Below, piece after piece: positions 1 to 62,459 of a DNA stretch of 64,000 nt (position 1 is the first letter of the stretch; every line of letters starts with the position of its first letter). Position numbers and translations under genes: made by a program. The notes beneath the pieces are model-generated. The model had not been told where the DNA came from. It saw nothing but the letters and a program-made list of their open reading frames with translations, and did not search any database. Source of the DNA: Octopus vulgaris (taxonomy: Eukaryota); assembly GCA_951406725.2 (NCBI GenBank), contig OX597823.1, positions 32,736,001 to 32,800,000 of the forward strand, given 5' to 3'.

Positions 1-529
1 CCAGACATCTCACTCAGGCTTGTCAATAAAGTGTAGAGGGTCTATAAGGTATTGTGCAAGCCTTATTGGACCTAAAACTCTGCACAGGTTTTGCTGACTT
101 CTGCTCAATATGCACTGTTTCTTTTTTCCCCTATATATGTTTATTTTATTTTCAGTATATATCTTTATTTTTAGTATATATTTATTTATTTTTAGTATAT
201 TTTATTTTTATTCGGAAGTCCTGTAGTAATGGGAAGGTGGTGAAGCATGCAGACCTGATGGTTGGGAGCATGTAGTCAGCGACCTGCACATAGGCGTCCC
301 ATGCTAGATATAACGTCATCTCCTTGTTGCCTATAACAGCAATAGAATTCACTTGCTGCATGGGTGTCTGAATAGCTCCATTTGGAGAGGGCACTGCTCA
401 CCCAAAGGCTAGGGATCTTCTAGAAAAAATGAACCAAAAATTGCCTGTCTTTCTGTATCTGCTCAGTTTAGTGTGACTGACAGATGTCCACCCTGTGCTC
501 AAAAAACAGAGTCTTTTTTTTTTTTACAA

Positions 530-1960
530 AATTTGGTTGGAACTTGAACATTTCATGTTGGAATGTGAACACTCTGTTGGATAACAAGAGTGATTGTAGG
601 CCTCAAAGATGCACTGCACTTGTTGCTTGTGAGCTTAACTGCTATAACATTGATATACATGTACTATCAGGGATTCATATAGAAGGTGATGGTCAGCTTG
701 AGGAAATAGGAGGTGGATACACCTTTTTTTGGAAGGGGAGGCTAAAGGAGGAGCGCAGAAAGGCTGGTGTTGGCTTTGAAGTTTGATCTGATATCCTTAA
801 GAAGTTGGTGGAGCTTCCTGTTTCTATAAATGATTATCTAATGACTCTATAATTGCACCTGAAAGGTAGGCAGTTTGCTACTCTAATAGGTGCCTATGCA
901 CCTACTTTGACTAGTTGTGATGAAGATAAAACTATTTGTTATATCCAGCTGAGAGCCATACTTAGGAAAATCTCCAATTCTGATAAAGTCATTCTACTGG
1001 GGGATTTCAATGCCAGGGTTGGAACAGACTGGCAAACATGGAACTCTCTAGGACATTTTGGTGTAGGGAAAATGAATAGCAATGGTCTCATACTGCTGGA
1101 GCTTTACTTTGCAAGCACTCATTTTATGCACAAAAATGATCACACAAAGTGGATTCAAGGTCTAAAGTTTGGCACTTGCTGGATTATGTCATCAGCTACA
1201 AGCATGACATCTATGATATTTGTGTGACATCTATGACATTTGTAATGTCAAGTCCTTTCATGGATCAGAATGCTGGACAGACCACAGTCTGGTGCAAGCA
1301 AATTCCCGGATGATGATTAGCGTGAAAGAGAGAAGAGGGCCAGTCGGCATTTCTCAATGTCTGAATGTCCACAAGATATATGATGCCGTGTTGAGGAAAG
1401 AGTTTCAAATCACTTGTCCAGCATTAAAAATACTGCAGCAAGGGAAGATTTTCGAGACCAGGTTCTTCAATGTGCTGCTGAAATACTGGGATATGCTACT
1501 GCCAGTCACAGAGACTGGTTTGATGAAAATGAGGCTGAAGTTCAGCAACTATTGGTTGTAAAGCACCATGTCCACAATGCATTGCTGCACCGAGGACTTT
1601 CAGCTGTGCAGCAAAATCTAGTACTTACCCATTATAGCAGTGTAAAATCACTGCTGCAGCAATCCTCAGAAAGATGCAGGACACTTGGTGGGAGGATCTT
1701 GCTCATGATGTTCAGGCTTCTGCTGATGCAAATGACAGCAAGAAGCTTTACCATCTTATGAAGTAATTTTATGGGCCTAAGAGCTCTGCATCAGCTCCTT
1801 TGCTTTCCAAGGAGTCTTCTACTCTATTTACTAAATCAATAGAAATTGCAGGTCGCTGGATTGAACACTTCTCTGAACTCCTAAACCATGGAGTCAGTTG
1901 TGGATGAAACACTGATTGATACTATGCAACAAAAAACTATCATTAGCTCCTTAAATTCCA
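530..1960 (+). mobile_element. Decayed RTE/BovB-like LINE, APE endonuclease region
   Basis: ORF pieces WNVNTLLD..ALVACEL..GGYTFFWKG..GVGF, AYAPT, LLGDFNARVG and TDH, broken by stops and frameshifts. Confidence 0.85.
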
Positions 1961-1961
1961 C

Positions 1962-2281
1962 ACCCTCAATTTAGCGCCTTCAGACTATCATCTCTTCAAC
2001 TCCATGAAAGAGGGTTTGAGAGGCAAACATTATTCCAGTGATGAGGAAGTGAAAACTGTAGTGAAGAAGTGGCTCAAAGAACAGTCAGCAGAATTTTACA
2101 GGCAGGGATACATGCTCTCATTTGAAGGTGGAACATTGATATTGAGAGAAATGGTGACTATGTTGAGAAGTAGGGATGTGATCCACAGAGGACCAGCTTC
2201 ATTTTGATGTATGATACATGTTCCTGTGTTGGTAATTATACCTGTCCTAAACAAAATAGCATTACTTTTTGACTGACCCTC

Positions 2282-2282
<1 letters not shown>
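1962..2282 (+). mobile_element. Mariner transposon 3' fragment
   Basis: LAPSDYHLFNSMKEGLRGKHYSSDEEVK..KWL..NGDYVE* followed by a TIR-like ttactttttgactgaccctc. Confidence 0.85.
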
Positions 2283-2332
<50 letters not shown>

Positions 2333-2359
2333 AATGTATATATGTGTGTGTGTGTGTAT

Positions 2360-5345
2360 TCTTTTATGTATTTCAGCCCAAAAGCTGTGGCCATGCTTGG
2401 ATACTACCTGTGTAATCACCTTTTCAATGGCCATTCTTATGTGATTGGCTTTTGGTGAAGGAGATAGTTTGACACTGCTGCCCTCTTTTGAGTTTCTTGC
2501 TGTGGTGTGGGTTCATCTGGAACCTTGGACAGCAGGAGGTCAAGTTGTTTCTTGAAAACATCTACCCTTACTCCAGGAAGATTTCTCAGATGTTTTGGTA
2601 AGGTATTAAATAGCTGTAGGCCCTTGAATTACATGGCAGGATAACTGGGACCTTTGGAACAGTGCAATGACATCTATTTTGGTGGGGCTGGTATAGCTCT
2701 TGATGCCAAAGTTTGGTGCCAAATCCTCTAGGATCTTCCATATGTATATCACTGCATATCTCTCCCATCTTCACTCCAGGGAGTAGAGTCATTGCTCTTT
2801 CAGTCTCTTCCAGTAGCTCAGCTGTTCCATTGATGCAATCTTCCTGAACTGCCTCAAGTTCTGCTATTAATTTGACACTGTACAGTGACCACAGGTGAGA
2901 GCAGCAGTCCAGATGGCTGAGTACTAGTGTCCTCTATAGAGCCAGCTTAGTTTGCTGGTCCCTATTTCTGAAAGTTCTCAGAATCCATCTGGCCATTCGC
3001 CTGCTCTCTGTCACCATCTTGGTGATACGCATGTGAAACAATGTTGTTGCTTGTATCAATTACATACTGTACTTGACCCAAAGGATAGCTGCTCTTTTTG
3101 GTCAAAAGGTTCATTGTTGCAGCATGTGAGCACAAGCTAACTGATAGCAAAGAGCTTGGAATTTTCCTGCATTAAATTGCATGTTGTTTTCTTCAGCCCA
3201 CTTATGTATGGCATTTCTGTTGAAAATTAGCATCAGAAGGTTCCTTGACTGCTTGTACTACTTTTATGTTGTCAGCACAGCTAGTGAGTGTGGTTGTCTG
3301 TGTAACTGATGGCATGTCTGGAAAGCATAAACAGTAGTGGCCTCCAAGGCATTCCACTCACTATTGCTGTCTCCCTGGAGAGGGCCCCATTGGCTGCCAC
3401 AGTCTGGCTTCTGTATTTTAAGAAGTCATGTAATCACTCTCCCAGTTGTCTCACTATACCAAGTCTCCATAGCTTGTGACATATCATCCCATTATCGACC
3501 TTATCAAAGGCCTTTACAAAATCAGGGTATTTCATACTCACATTTGAGCAGTTCATTAGTTGTTTCAGCACCCAATCATAATGATGCAAAAGCTGTGCAA
3601 GGCAGCTTCTTCCTGAGTGGAAACCATACTGGGTGTCGGAGAGCATGTCATCTTCAAGGAACATGATCTGTTTCTGCCTGACAGTGCATTCCATGCCTTT
3701 GCTGACATGGGTGGGTAAAGAACCAGGTCTATAATTTTTAGCATCTGCTCTGCTACCTCTTTTATGGATAGGACATGCTTTCTTTTAACTTTCTGAAAAG
3801 TCTCCGAGTTGCAAGAAAGCTTTGGAAGAGGATCTGTAACAGTCTTGTTAGAACCCCTTTGCATTTCTTTAAGAGACTGCTGGGAATCCATCAGGGTCTG
3901 TGGCTGAGTTTAAACTCATTTCATCAGTGGCTGATATTACATCTGTTTTCTCTATTTTGATGTTTTCAACAATTGTTATCTCTTTGTGTAGACATGACTG
4001 TTTGCAAGTGTCCCAGTGGAGTGGTGAAAACACTCTTGTATTGCACATTCAGTATTTCACTTATCCTCTGAGGACCTGCAGTTGGTGAGCCATTTTCTTG
4101 AAACAGTGGTCCTATCTTGTACCATATTGAAGCAGATTCTTTTGCAAATTGATAGAAGGCTTTAGGGTCTGTCTTTACATTTTTTACTGCCCTGGCTTTT
4201 TTTCTGCTCTCTTCTTTTCATTGGAGTGATTGAGTTCACTTTCAATCTCAAGCAATGTTTGTTTGAGATAGGATGCTGTCCTTTTAGATGGTTTGAGATT
4301 TTTGCTCATCATCTCATTAGAATCTTCCTTTCCCTGGGAATTATATTTTTGTTTTGGTTTGGCATTCCCTCTGGAGTGAACTTACTGCATATATCATGCA
4401 TGATTGTCATAAAGTGCTGCAGCTTTATGTCAATACCTTGCATAGAGAGACTAGTAGACCAGTTTTGTTCAATGGCCTCTTTCTGAATACTCTTCCAATC
4501 AGCTTTATGAAAGTTCAGACCGGAGAGGAGTTGGGCACTTCTAGTAGCCTGCATTTCTGCAGTTTCTGTAAACCATGCATTTTTAGCTCTATTAAGTTAT
4601 GGTCCAAGAAAATCATCAGTGTCACCTCAACATTATGGATGTGCACCATATTATTTGTAAAGCAGAGGTCCAGAACATTTTTACCCCCTATTGGGTGGAG
4701 CAGTATTTGCTCCATGTAGAGCATATTTGTGAGGTCAAGCAGAGATACTGCTTGCTTCTTGTCATGTAGTTACATACCTGAGAGAAGGCAGCACTCAGGC
4801 CATTCAACATTAGGGAAGTTGAAGCCCTTTAGAAGAAGTTTGTGAAAGCTGTCATCTAGGTTAGTTAATATTTCTTCCATCTTTTTGAGGGTCTATTTGA
4901 ATGAGTCCTCATGATCTGGAACATCTGATGTGTGATGTGTAGTACAAACTACCAATTTTATTTGTTTAATGTCTACCACCATAGTGCCACAGATTGAGTT
5001 TGAATATGACAGCAGGACAATGTACATCTTCCTGGATGTACATAGCAACTCCACCATGAGTCCTCTCCTTCCTGTCAGTTCAAAATACAACATAGTTTGA
5101 TACATCTATCTCAGCATCTGATGTCGTCATTCAGATGTGTTTCTGTTAGTGCTATATGTACATTGCTGGATTACATGTCACTAAGTTCTCTTAGGTATTG
5201 AGTCTTGTGTTGATGGGACATTACAAGGCCCCCGGTATTCAGTAGTAATACTGGTGTGATATGTAGGGTGTCAATAGCGGTCACTGGTCTAACATATGTA
5301 GAGCTGTCAGTGATGGCCACCCTGGATCTTTTGTTATTTTCAGTG
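2360..5345 (-). mobile_element. Decayed CR1/L2-like LINE (endonuclease plus RT)
   Basis: Minus-strand pieces QYGFHSGRSCLAQLLHHYD..DFVKAFDKVD, NVLDLCFTNN..DHNLIE and NFHKADWK; 3' tail catggccacagcttttgggctgaaa near 2370-2400. Confidence 0.8.
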
Positions 5346-5367
5346 GTCTTGAGTACTGATATGTATT

Positions 5368-8142
5368 TCATCATCATCATCATCGTTTAACATCCATTTT
5401 CCATGCTAGCATGGGTTGGACAGTTTGACCGGGGTCTGGGAAACCAGGAGGCTGTGCCAGGCTCCAGTCTGATCTGGCAGTGTTTCTACAGCTGGATGCC
5501 CTTCCTAACGCCAACTACTCTGTGAGTGTAGTGGGTGCTTTTTACATGCCACCGGCACCAAGGTCAGAGTAGGCTGGCAAACAGCCACGATCAGTTGGTG
5601 CTTCTTATGTGTCACCGACACAAATGCCAGTCAGGTGGCGCTGACATCAGCCATGTTTGGATGGTGCTTTTTACATGCTACCGGCACAGGTATCACAACT
5701 ACAATATCCATTTATTTTTATTTTGATGTACTTGACTCAATAGGTCTCCTCAAGCACAGCAGGTCACCCTACAATCCAAGGTTAGCACAGCAGGCAATCC
5801 TGCAAGCCATGAACTCACTTCATTTGTCGGGTCTTCGCAGTCACAGCATATCTCCAGAGGTCTCGGTCTTTTATCATAGCCTCTGTGAGGCCCAACGTTC
5901 GAAGGTCATGTTTGACCACCTCATCCCATGTCTTCCTGGGTCTACCTCTATCCTGGATTTCTTCAACAGTTTGGGGGTGGCACTTCTTCACACATCTTTC
6001 CTCATCCATCTATAGTACATGACCATACCAATGCAAACGTCTCTCCTGCATGCCACATCCGATGCTTCTTATGTCCAACATTTCTCTCAGGGTGCCTACA
6101 CTCTGTCATACATGGACACTGACATTACACATCCAGCGGATCATGCTAGCTTCATTTCTTTTGAGCCTACGCATGTTCTCCGCAGTCACAGCCCTTGTTT
6201 CACTGCCATGAAGCACAGCAGTTTGCACACATGCATCATACAATCTACCTTTCACTCTGAGCGAGAGACCCTTTGTCGCCAGTAGGGGAAGAAGCTTTCT
6301 AAACTTTGCCCAGGCTATCTTATTCTCTGAGCATCCACCCCCACTACTAACTTGGTCACCTAGGTAGCAGAAATTATCAACTACATCTAGTTTCTCCTCC
6401 TGGAGTGTAATGGAATATGTTTTCTGAGTATCTGTGGTGTCTATTGCCACTGTCGCACATGAAAGCTATCTTCTCAGTTAATTTTCTTTTGATGTTGCTG
6501 CACCTCTTATGTGTCCATAGCTTACACTGGGTACATCTTATGGATTTCTACCTACACCTTTTCTACAGATCAAGCAGAGCCACCTACCTAAGGGTGTGTG
6601 TGGTGAGTTTGCCTTCCTACTTACTAGAACTTTGGTCTTTGCTACATTGACTCTAAGGCCTTTTGATTCTAAACCTAGCTTCCACACACAAAATTTCTTT
6701 TCTATTTCTGGTAGTGATTCTGCTATGAGGGCCAGGTCATCAGCATAGAGGAGCTCCCAGGAGCAACCCATCTTGAATTCCTCTGTTATTGCCTGGAGGA
6801 CTATGATGAATAAAAGAGGACTGAGGGTTGAACCTTGGTGGACGCCTACTTCTACCCGGAATTCTTCACTATGCTCATTGCCAATCCTAACCTTGCTAAC
6901 GGCCTCTCTGTAAAGAGCCTGTACAGCCGTTATTAAGCATTCATCAATCTCTAGTTTCAGCATCGCCCACCAAATAAGGGATCGGGAGACCCTGTCAAAG
7001 GCTTTCTTCAAGTCCACAAAAGCTAAGTATAGGGGTTTATCTTTAGCTAGTTATTTTTCCTGCAGTTGTCAAACCAGGAATATGGCATCAGTGGTGCTTC
7101 TACCCAGCACAAAACCGAACTGCATCTCATCTAAGCAGACTCTCTCCCTGATGAGATGGGCTATGACCCTCTCTGTGACCTTCATCACCTGATCCAGTAG
7201 TTTGATACCCCTGTAGTTATTTCTATCTAGAGCATCACCTTTACCCTTGTAGCAGTTGACTATGGTGCTGCTATGCCAGTTGTTGGGTATGATTCCATCA
7301 TGAACTACCTGGTTTACAATGTGGGTGACTAGGCCATAGCCCACACCACCAGATGTTTTAAGCATCTCAGCAGTGATTCCTGATGGGCCAGGGGCTTTTC
7401 CTGGCTTCATACCCTTAATTGCTTTATCTACTAGGGAGCTGTCTATTCAGATAGCTGGTCCTTCTACTGGGTCAACATTTGGCAGGCTCTCCTCCTCCCA
7501 TTCATTCTCCACATTCAGCAGTCTTTTATAATGGCTTCTCCAAGCCTCTTTCTTTTCGGAATCATTAAAAGCAAGTGCACTATCATCCATTCGGACACAT
7601 TTCTCTCCTGTGACATCACAATTTTCTCTCACACACTGTCTTGCAATCCGAAATACTTCAGTTCTTTGGTCCTCACATCACTGGACATTGGCAAACTTCT
7701 TTTCCGCTTCGCTCTTGGATATGTATACCTGTTGCTCAGCCTCCCTTTTTGGCTACCTGGTACAGTTCCCTGCTACCCCCACCCTTCCAGGCTTGTTTCT
7801 TTGCTCTAATGACTTTGTAACTCTAGGTCTGGAAGGGACTTTGCATCAACCACAGACTTCGTCTGTGGCACTCAGCAAGCTGTCCTGTAGGAATTTCCAG
7901 CTACCTTCTATGTCTAATGTCTCCCTCTCCTCAAATTTCTTGATGAGGATGTCCCTAAATCTCTGACCATGTGAAAGGTTCTTTAGCTTCCAATTCCTTT
8001 TTTGGATTAGTCTGCTTTTTGGTTTCCTTCTGGCCTCGAGCCTAAAGTCACTAATGACTAGCTTATGCTGGGGGGGTACATTCTTCACCCGGGAGGGTCT
8101 TTGTATTTAAGAGCAACCCTGCATCCTGCTGTCTGGTGAGGA
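5368..8142 (-). mobile_element. RTE-clade LINE, 5'-truncated, with RT, Cys-rich insert, 3' UTR with tandem ~55-60 bp units and (GAT)n tail
   Basis: KAPGPSGI..NYRGIKLL..QFGF..STTDAIF, DLKKAFDRV, QGSTLSPLLF, YADDL and GRPRKTW; contiguous with the tandem-unit tail ending at (cat)n near 5368. Confidence 0.9.
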
Positions 8143-8439
8143 TTATATATATATATATATATATATATAACATTTTATAATTATGAGTATAATTAGGGTT
8201 CAGCAAAAAGAATTTGCTTTGCCACATACCGAACTTTTTGAAATAGCAGCCAAAGAACTTAGCTATTTCTTCTACTATAAGAAGAATCTCCTAGACAACA
8301 TATACTCAAAAACAATCCACGTAGGCATAGAGAAAAAACAACAAAAATTCTCTTGGCATTTGATTATTTACGGGCGCATTTCTGAGTTAGATAGATATGA
8401 AGATGCAAGAATTATATCTTCATTCTACCATTCTCTTCA

Positions 8440-8930
8440 TCAGCACAAGATTTCACGATTTTAAATTAGAGAGCACTGAAAAAATTGAACATACCTATCT
8501 GATTCAAGTAACATAAGACAAACTTTATCCAACATCCAGTACCAACGAATTCAAAACATACGAATGAGGCTTCATATTCTCCCTATACTAGCCACCAAAC
8601 TGGACAGCACTGCATAATGTCAAATATCCCATCTTCTTTATCTTGAACAAGGACCCAGACCCAGTACTGCAACAGGTTGGGTTTCAGGGGACTACAGTTG
8701 TTCAACATCCTGCCAAAAAACCTTAGAGATTTATGAGGTGGAGATGTAGGGGTATTCAAAAAGCGCCTGGACAAATTTCTTTTTGGAATCCCAGATGAAC
8801 TGTCATCACAGCAGGAGGCACAAGGAAGAGTGGCTCTGCCCAACTCACTTCTTTACCAAAGACGCAAACACAATGAAAAGCAGTGCTCCAGCAAGGTCCC
8901 AGTCTTTGGCTGAAACCAATAAAAGATAGA
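8440..8930 (+). mobile_element. 3' end of a CR1/L2-like LINE
   Basis: Reads LFNILPKNLRDL..VFKKRLDKFL..IPDE; tail gtgctccagcaagg..ggctgaaaccaataaaag. Confidence 0.7.
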
Positions 8931-9930
8931 TATCTAGTTTTGTATCTGTTAAATTTGAATTATTCTCCAAATGGCTGCTTCAAAATATTTTGGGATCATT
9001 TATTTCAATTATGTTGCCTTGAATAAGCACAACAGATGAAACAACATAGAATAATAAGGACAGTCTGGTCTTGCATAGAACAAGGCCACACCACTGTGTT
9101 GGTGGTATAAAATGTACTCTGTAAAATAATTTGCAAATGAAAGGAGACAATGGAGGGTCAAATGTGTGTATGAGGTGGGGGAAGTTCTTTTGTCTTGCCA
9201 CTATTTCTAAAGTGCTAGTGCCCTAATAAAATGCACCCAGTGCCCTGTATAACAGTTTTAGCATTTGAACATCCAGCTGGCTGTAGTAAACATGCCAAAA
9301 TGAAATGCCTGAGATATGTAGTTGTCAACTCATCGAAGCAGGCAGTAGCTAAAAAAGAAAACTGACTCAGGCTATGATGACATGTATTACTCATATCAGT
9401 AGGAAAAGCAGGCACAAAGTGATGACAACGATGGTTCTAAATGCTCAAAATATGTAGCAAATATAAATTTTCTGGTTTAAAACGTCTAATTTCTTGCAGC
9501 TCATAGGAGACATCATGAAGGCAAATGGCCAAGTGGTTAGGATGTTGCACTCTTGAATGCAAGACTGGACATTTCACATTGCTTCAGGTCACTCAGCTGT
9601 AAATTAGTGACCCTATTTGGGGTTAAATGTCGTGATCTTAGTCACTTATATGCCATGGAAACCATGTAACAAATTTCTACGATTACTTACACAAAGACTC
9701 TCTGAAAAAGCAAGGAAAGTCTTGATCAATATATTATACAGCCAACCTCTTCAACCCATGCCAGCATGGAAAGGGGATATTTAAATCAAATCTCTTTAAT
9801 ATTTACAAAACTGTGTCAAAGCAATTTCTCCTCCACTTTAAAGAAAGAATGTTTTGTGACCAATTTTTAATGCATTACATACTTTGTACATTATCTTTTC
9901 AATTGAGAACTGTCTTAATAGCTGGCATAT

Positions 9931-10530
9931 ACATCATCATCATCGTTTAACGTCCGCTTTCCATGCTAGCATGGGTTGGACGATTTTGACTGAGGGTTGG
10001 TGAACCAGATGGTTGCACCAGGCTCCAATCTTGATTTGGCAGAGTTTCTACAACTGGATGCCCTTCCTAGCACCAACCACTCTGAGAGTGTAGTGGGTTT
10101 TTTTTACGTGCCACCGGCATGGGGGCCAGTCAGGCAGTACTGGCAACGACCTCGCTCGAATCCTTTTACACATGCCACCAGCACCGGTGCCAGTAAGGCG
10201 ACTTTGGTAACGATCACACTCAAATGGTGCCCTTTTACGTGCCACTGGCATGGAAGCCAGTTGGCTGCTCTGGCAACGATCACGCTCGGATGGTGCTCTT
10301 GGCACCATACAAGCACAGGCACAAGTGCCAGTAAGGCGACGCTAGTAACGATCATGCTCGAAAGGTGCCCTTTAAGTGCCACTGGCACAGAAGCCAGTTA
10401 GCCGCTCTGTCAACGATCACGCTCGTATGGTGCTCTTTGCACCCTGCCAGCACGGATGCCAGTCATCAAATTTGATTTTGATTTTGATTGATTTGAGTGA
10501 TTTGATTTCACTCGCCCACTTGCCTCAACA
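9931..10530 (-). mobile_element. Truncated RTE 3'-UTR element with about 6 tandem units
   Basis: (cat)n cgtttaacgtccgctttccatgctagcatggg..ggatgcccttcct followed by repeated ggtgc..gtgccac..gccagt units. Confidence 0.8.
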
Positions 10531-11648
10531 ATACATTGTTGTTTAATCTTAGCTCAGCACCAAATGAGTCAGATCTATGTTCCAAAGCATTCCAGTCATG
10601 ACCATCCTGTCTTCAGCATTGCATAAAACATTGGGTGTTTTCGCTTTATAAACACTCACAACACCCAGTCTGGGAATCGAAACCATAATCTTATGGCTGT
10701 GAGTCCACTGCCCTAACCATTGGGCCATTGTGCCTCCATATATCTAGACATACAGGTGTGTAATAAAGATACAGGAAAAAATAAAGTTGTTCCTTTTTCT
10801 CCACTAGTGTTGGTTGTTTTCTGGTTCATGTTTGGGTTGTAAATCTATAAATAATGGACAAAGAACCTGCTAAAATGTTGTATTGTATGGGATAGTTCCA
10901 GTCAAAGAGGAGCTGGCCAACATTCTAGACTCAAATAGAACTCTAATTATGTAACTTTATTATGGACACTATTAAGACAATAAATAAGTAACTTTACTTA
11001 CCTTAGTGAAACCAAAACCAGAATTGGTACCAACTTTGAGGAGACAGCTTGGACCAAGAAATTGAGAAATGGTTTGGTGGGTACAGTATAAGAGGAATTC
11101 TTTTACTGAATTAAAAGATAGCAGAAAATAGTTAAACTTTTAAGCTGTAAAAAGACCATTCAAAAATGTTTATATATGGAAAAAAGAAGACTCGAAACAT
11201 TACACAATTCTTTAATAAAAGACTCTCTACAAAACTGTGGAAGATTCATAAGGACCAGAGTTGGAGCAGTGAGTGTAGAAGTGCTAAATGTGTTTCTTGG
11301 ATGAGGAACCAGTTTATTGCAGGTAATATTCCAGAAGGTCTGATAACAACTGTTTCAACAGAGCCAGATGACTGGAAGTACATGCAATGAAGTGTCCGGG
11401 TCAAAAATAACATAAAACTTACAGAAAATTTGTAGTGAAATATATCAGCCACTCAATTATAGGAACTACACTTAAAATACAGTAGAGTATCTATAGAGAA
11501 TGTTTCCTTGTTGCCATTGTATTCACAATTTTATAAAGAATGAGTGAAGACTCTTTTTCCTGAAATATTAAAATTTCTATTGTATTTTCCACTTACATTA
11601 AATTGTATCTTTATTTAATTTTCAACTACTTCTCTTTTTAATTTCCAG

Positions 11649-60256
<48,608 letters not shown>

Positions 60257-61489
60257 GTAAATAATCTTTTCTGGTTTATGTGTTTTTTGTTTGTTTGTTT
60301 TTTAATGCTAATTGTCTCCTATATTTCCAGATATTTTAGTAATTTTACAAATTGTTATCATCTGTGAATTGACAAATAGGTGCAGGAGTGGCTGTGTGGT
60401 AAATAGCTTGCTTACCAACCACATGCTTCCGGGTTCATTCCCACTGCGTGGCACCTTGGGCCAGTGTCTTCTACTATAGCCTCGGGCAGATCAAAGCCCT
60501 GTGAGTGGATTTGGTAGACGGAAACTGAAAGAAGCTTGTCGTGTATATATATATATATATGTGTGTGTATATGTTTGTGTGTCTGTGTTTGTCCCCCACA
60601 ACATCGCTTGACAACCGATGATGGTGTGTTTACGTCCCTGTAACTTAACGGTTCGGCAAAAGAGACCAATAGAATAAGTAATAGGCTTCCAAAGAATTAG
60701 ATCTGGGGTCGATTTGCTTGACTAAAGGCGGTTCTCCAGCATGGCTGCAGTAACATAGCCCGCAGTTGGCTTGCAACCTACAGTGGACTGTCTTGTAGCC
60801 TGTTGTAATCTACCTTACAGCAGCCTGTCTCTCAGACTGTCTCCTGCCATTACTGTTCTAAGTAGAAATATTCTGTCTCTGCCTCAGTGGGACTTCAATC
60901 AATTGAACAAACATGAACAATCTTGTTTTTTGTACAAATGTCAATAGAGCAGAATATCTGTTGTAGCAAAAAAAAAAAAGAAATCCCATTCCAGCTTTCA
61001 ATGATTTCACATGACATCTGACCTCTCTATATGACACTAGACTGTGTAATGTGGCTAACCAGGAGCGAAATTCTGGCAAAAATCAGTTTCTGACTGACTG
61101 ATTGACTGACCTAACACCATGACAAAGTAAGGAAGGAGGAAAACAGATGACATTATCAACAGCAATATTACACTCATAAATCTCAATACCCAGTCTTCAG
61201 CGGTGAAATAATAATGATAATAATAATAATAATAATAATAATTATCCTTTCTACTAAAGGCACAAGGCCTATATTTTGGTGGGAGAGGGATAGTCGATTC
61301 ACTGGTACTTAATTTATCAACGCTGAAAGGATGAAAGGCAAAGTCGATCTCAGTGGAATTTGAACCCAGAATGTGAAGGCAGACGAAATACCACTAAGCA
61401 TTTCGCCCGATGTGCTAATGATTCTGCCAGTTTGCTGCCTTAATGATAATTATAATAATAATAACTCGCTGGGTTAAGTGACCCATCTG

Positions 61490-62459
61490 TTTGTGTCCGC
61501 TGTCAGCCTCGTCTGGCACCCGTGCCGGTGATACGTAAAAGCACCATTCGCTCATGGCCGTTTGCCAGCTCTGCCTGGCCCCGTGTCGGTGGCACGTAAA
61601 AGCACCATCCGTTCGTGTTCATTGCCAGCCTCGCCTGGCCCCGTGCCGGTGACACGTAAAAGCACCGTCCGTTCGTGGCCGTTGGCCAGCTTTGTCTGGC
61701 CCCGTGTCGGTGGCACGTAAAAGCACCATCCGTTCGTGGCCATTTGCCAGCTCTGTCTGGCCCCGTGTCGGTGGCACGTAAAAGCACCATCCGTCCGTGT
61801 CCGTTGCCAGCCTCGGCTGGCCCCCGTGCCGGTGACACGTAAAAGCACCGTCCGCTCGTGGCCGTTTGCCGGCTCTGTCTGGCAACCGTGTGGTGGCACC
61901 GTGTCGGTGGCACGTAAAAGCACCATCTGTTCGCGTCCGTTGCCAGCCTCGGCTGGCCCCCGTGCCGGTGACACGTAAAAGCACCGTCCGCTCGTGGCCG
62001 TTTGCCAGCTCTGTCTGGCAACCGTGTCGGTGGCACGTAAAAGCACCATCCGTTCGCATCCGTTGCCAGCCTCGGCTGGCCCCCGTGCCGGTGACACGTA
62101 AAAGCACCGTCCGTTCGTGGCCGGTTGCCAGCTCTGTCTGGCCCCGTGTCGGTGGCACGTAAAAGCACCATCCGTTCGTGTCCGTTGCCAGCATCGCCTG
62201 GCCCCGAGCCGGTGACACGTAAAAGCACCATCCGTTCGTGGCCGTTCACCAGCTCTGTCTGGCACCTGTGCAGGTGGCACGTAAAAAACACCCACTACAC
62301 TCGCGGAGTGGTTGGCGTTAGGAAGGGCATCCAGCCGTAGAAACACTGCCAGATCTGACTGGGCCTGACGAAGCCTTCCAGCTTCACAGACCCCAGTTGA
62401 CCCGTCCAACCCATGCTAGCATGGAAAACGGACGCTAAACGATGATGATGATGATGATG
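61490..62459 (+). mobile_element. Young RTE 3'-UTR element with an expanded GC-rich tandem array (about 13 x ~59 bp, 61503-62290)
   Basis: gccagc..ctggccccgtg(t/c)cggtg(g/a)cacgtaaaagcacc(a/g)tccgttcgtg repeated, then the standard tail and (gat)n. Confidence 0.9.

Noticed and set aside
5815-8088. Active LINE or domesticated RT gene
   Set aside because: Multiple stops, frameshifts and 5' truncation.
61503-62409. Long ORFs (262, 285 and 199 aa) and a CRISPR-like look
   Set aside because: The ORFs arise from a stop-poor GC-rich tandem repeat. Units are contiguous with no unique spacers, there are no cas genes, and the context is eukaryotic.
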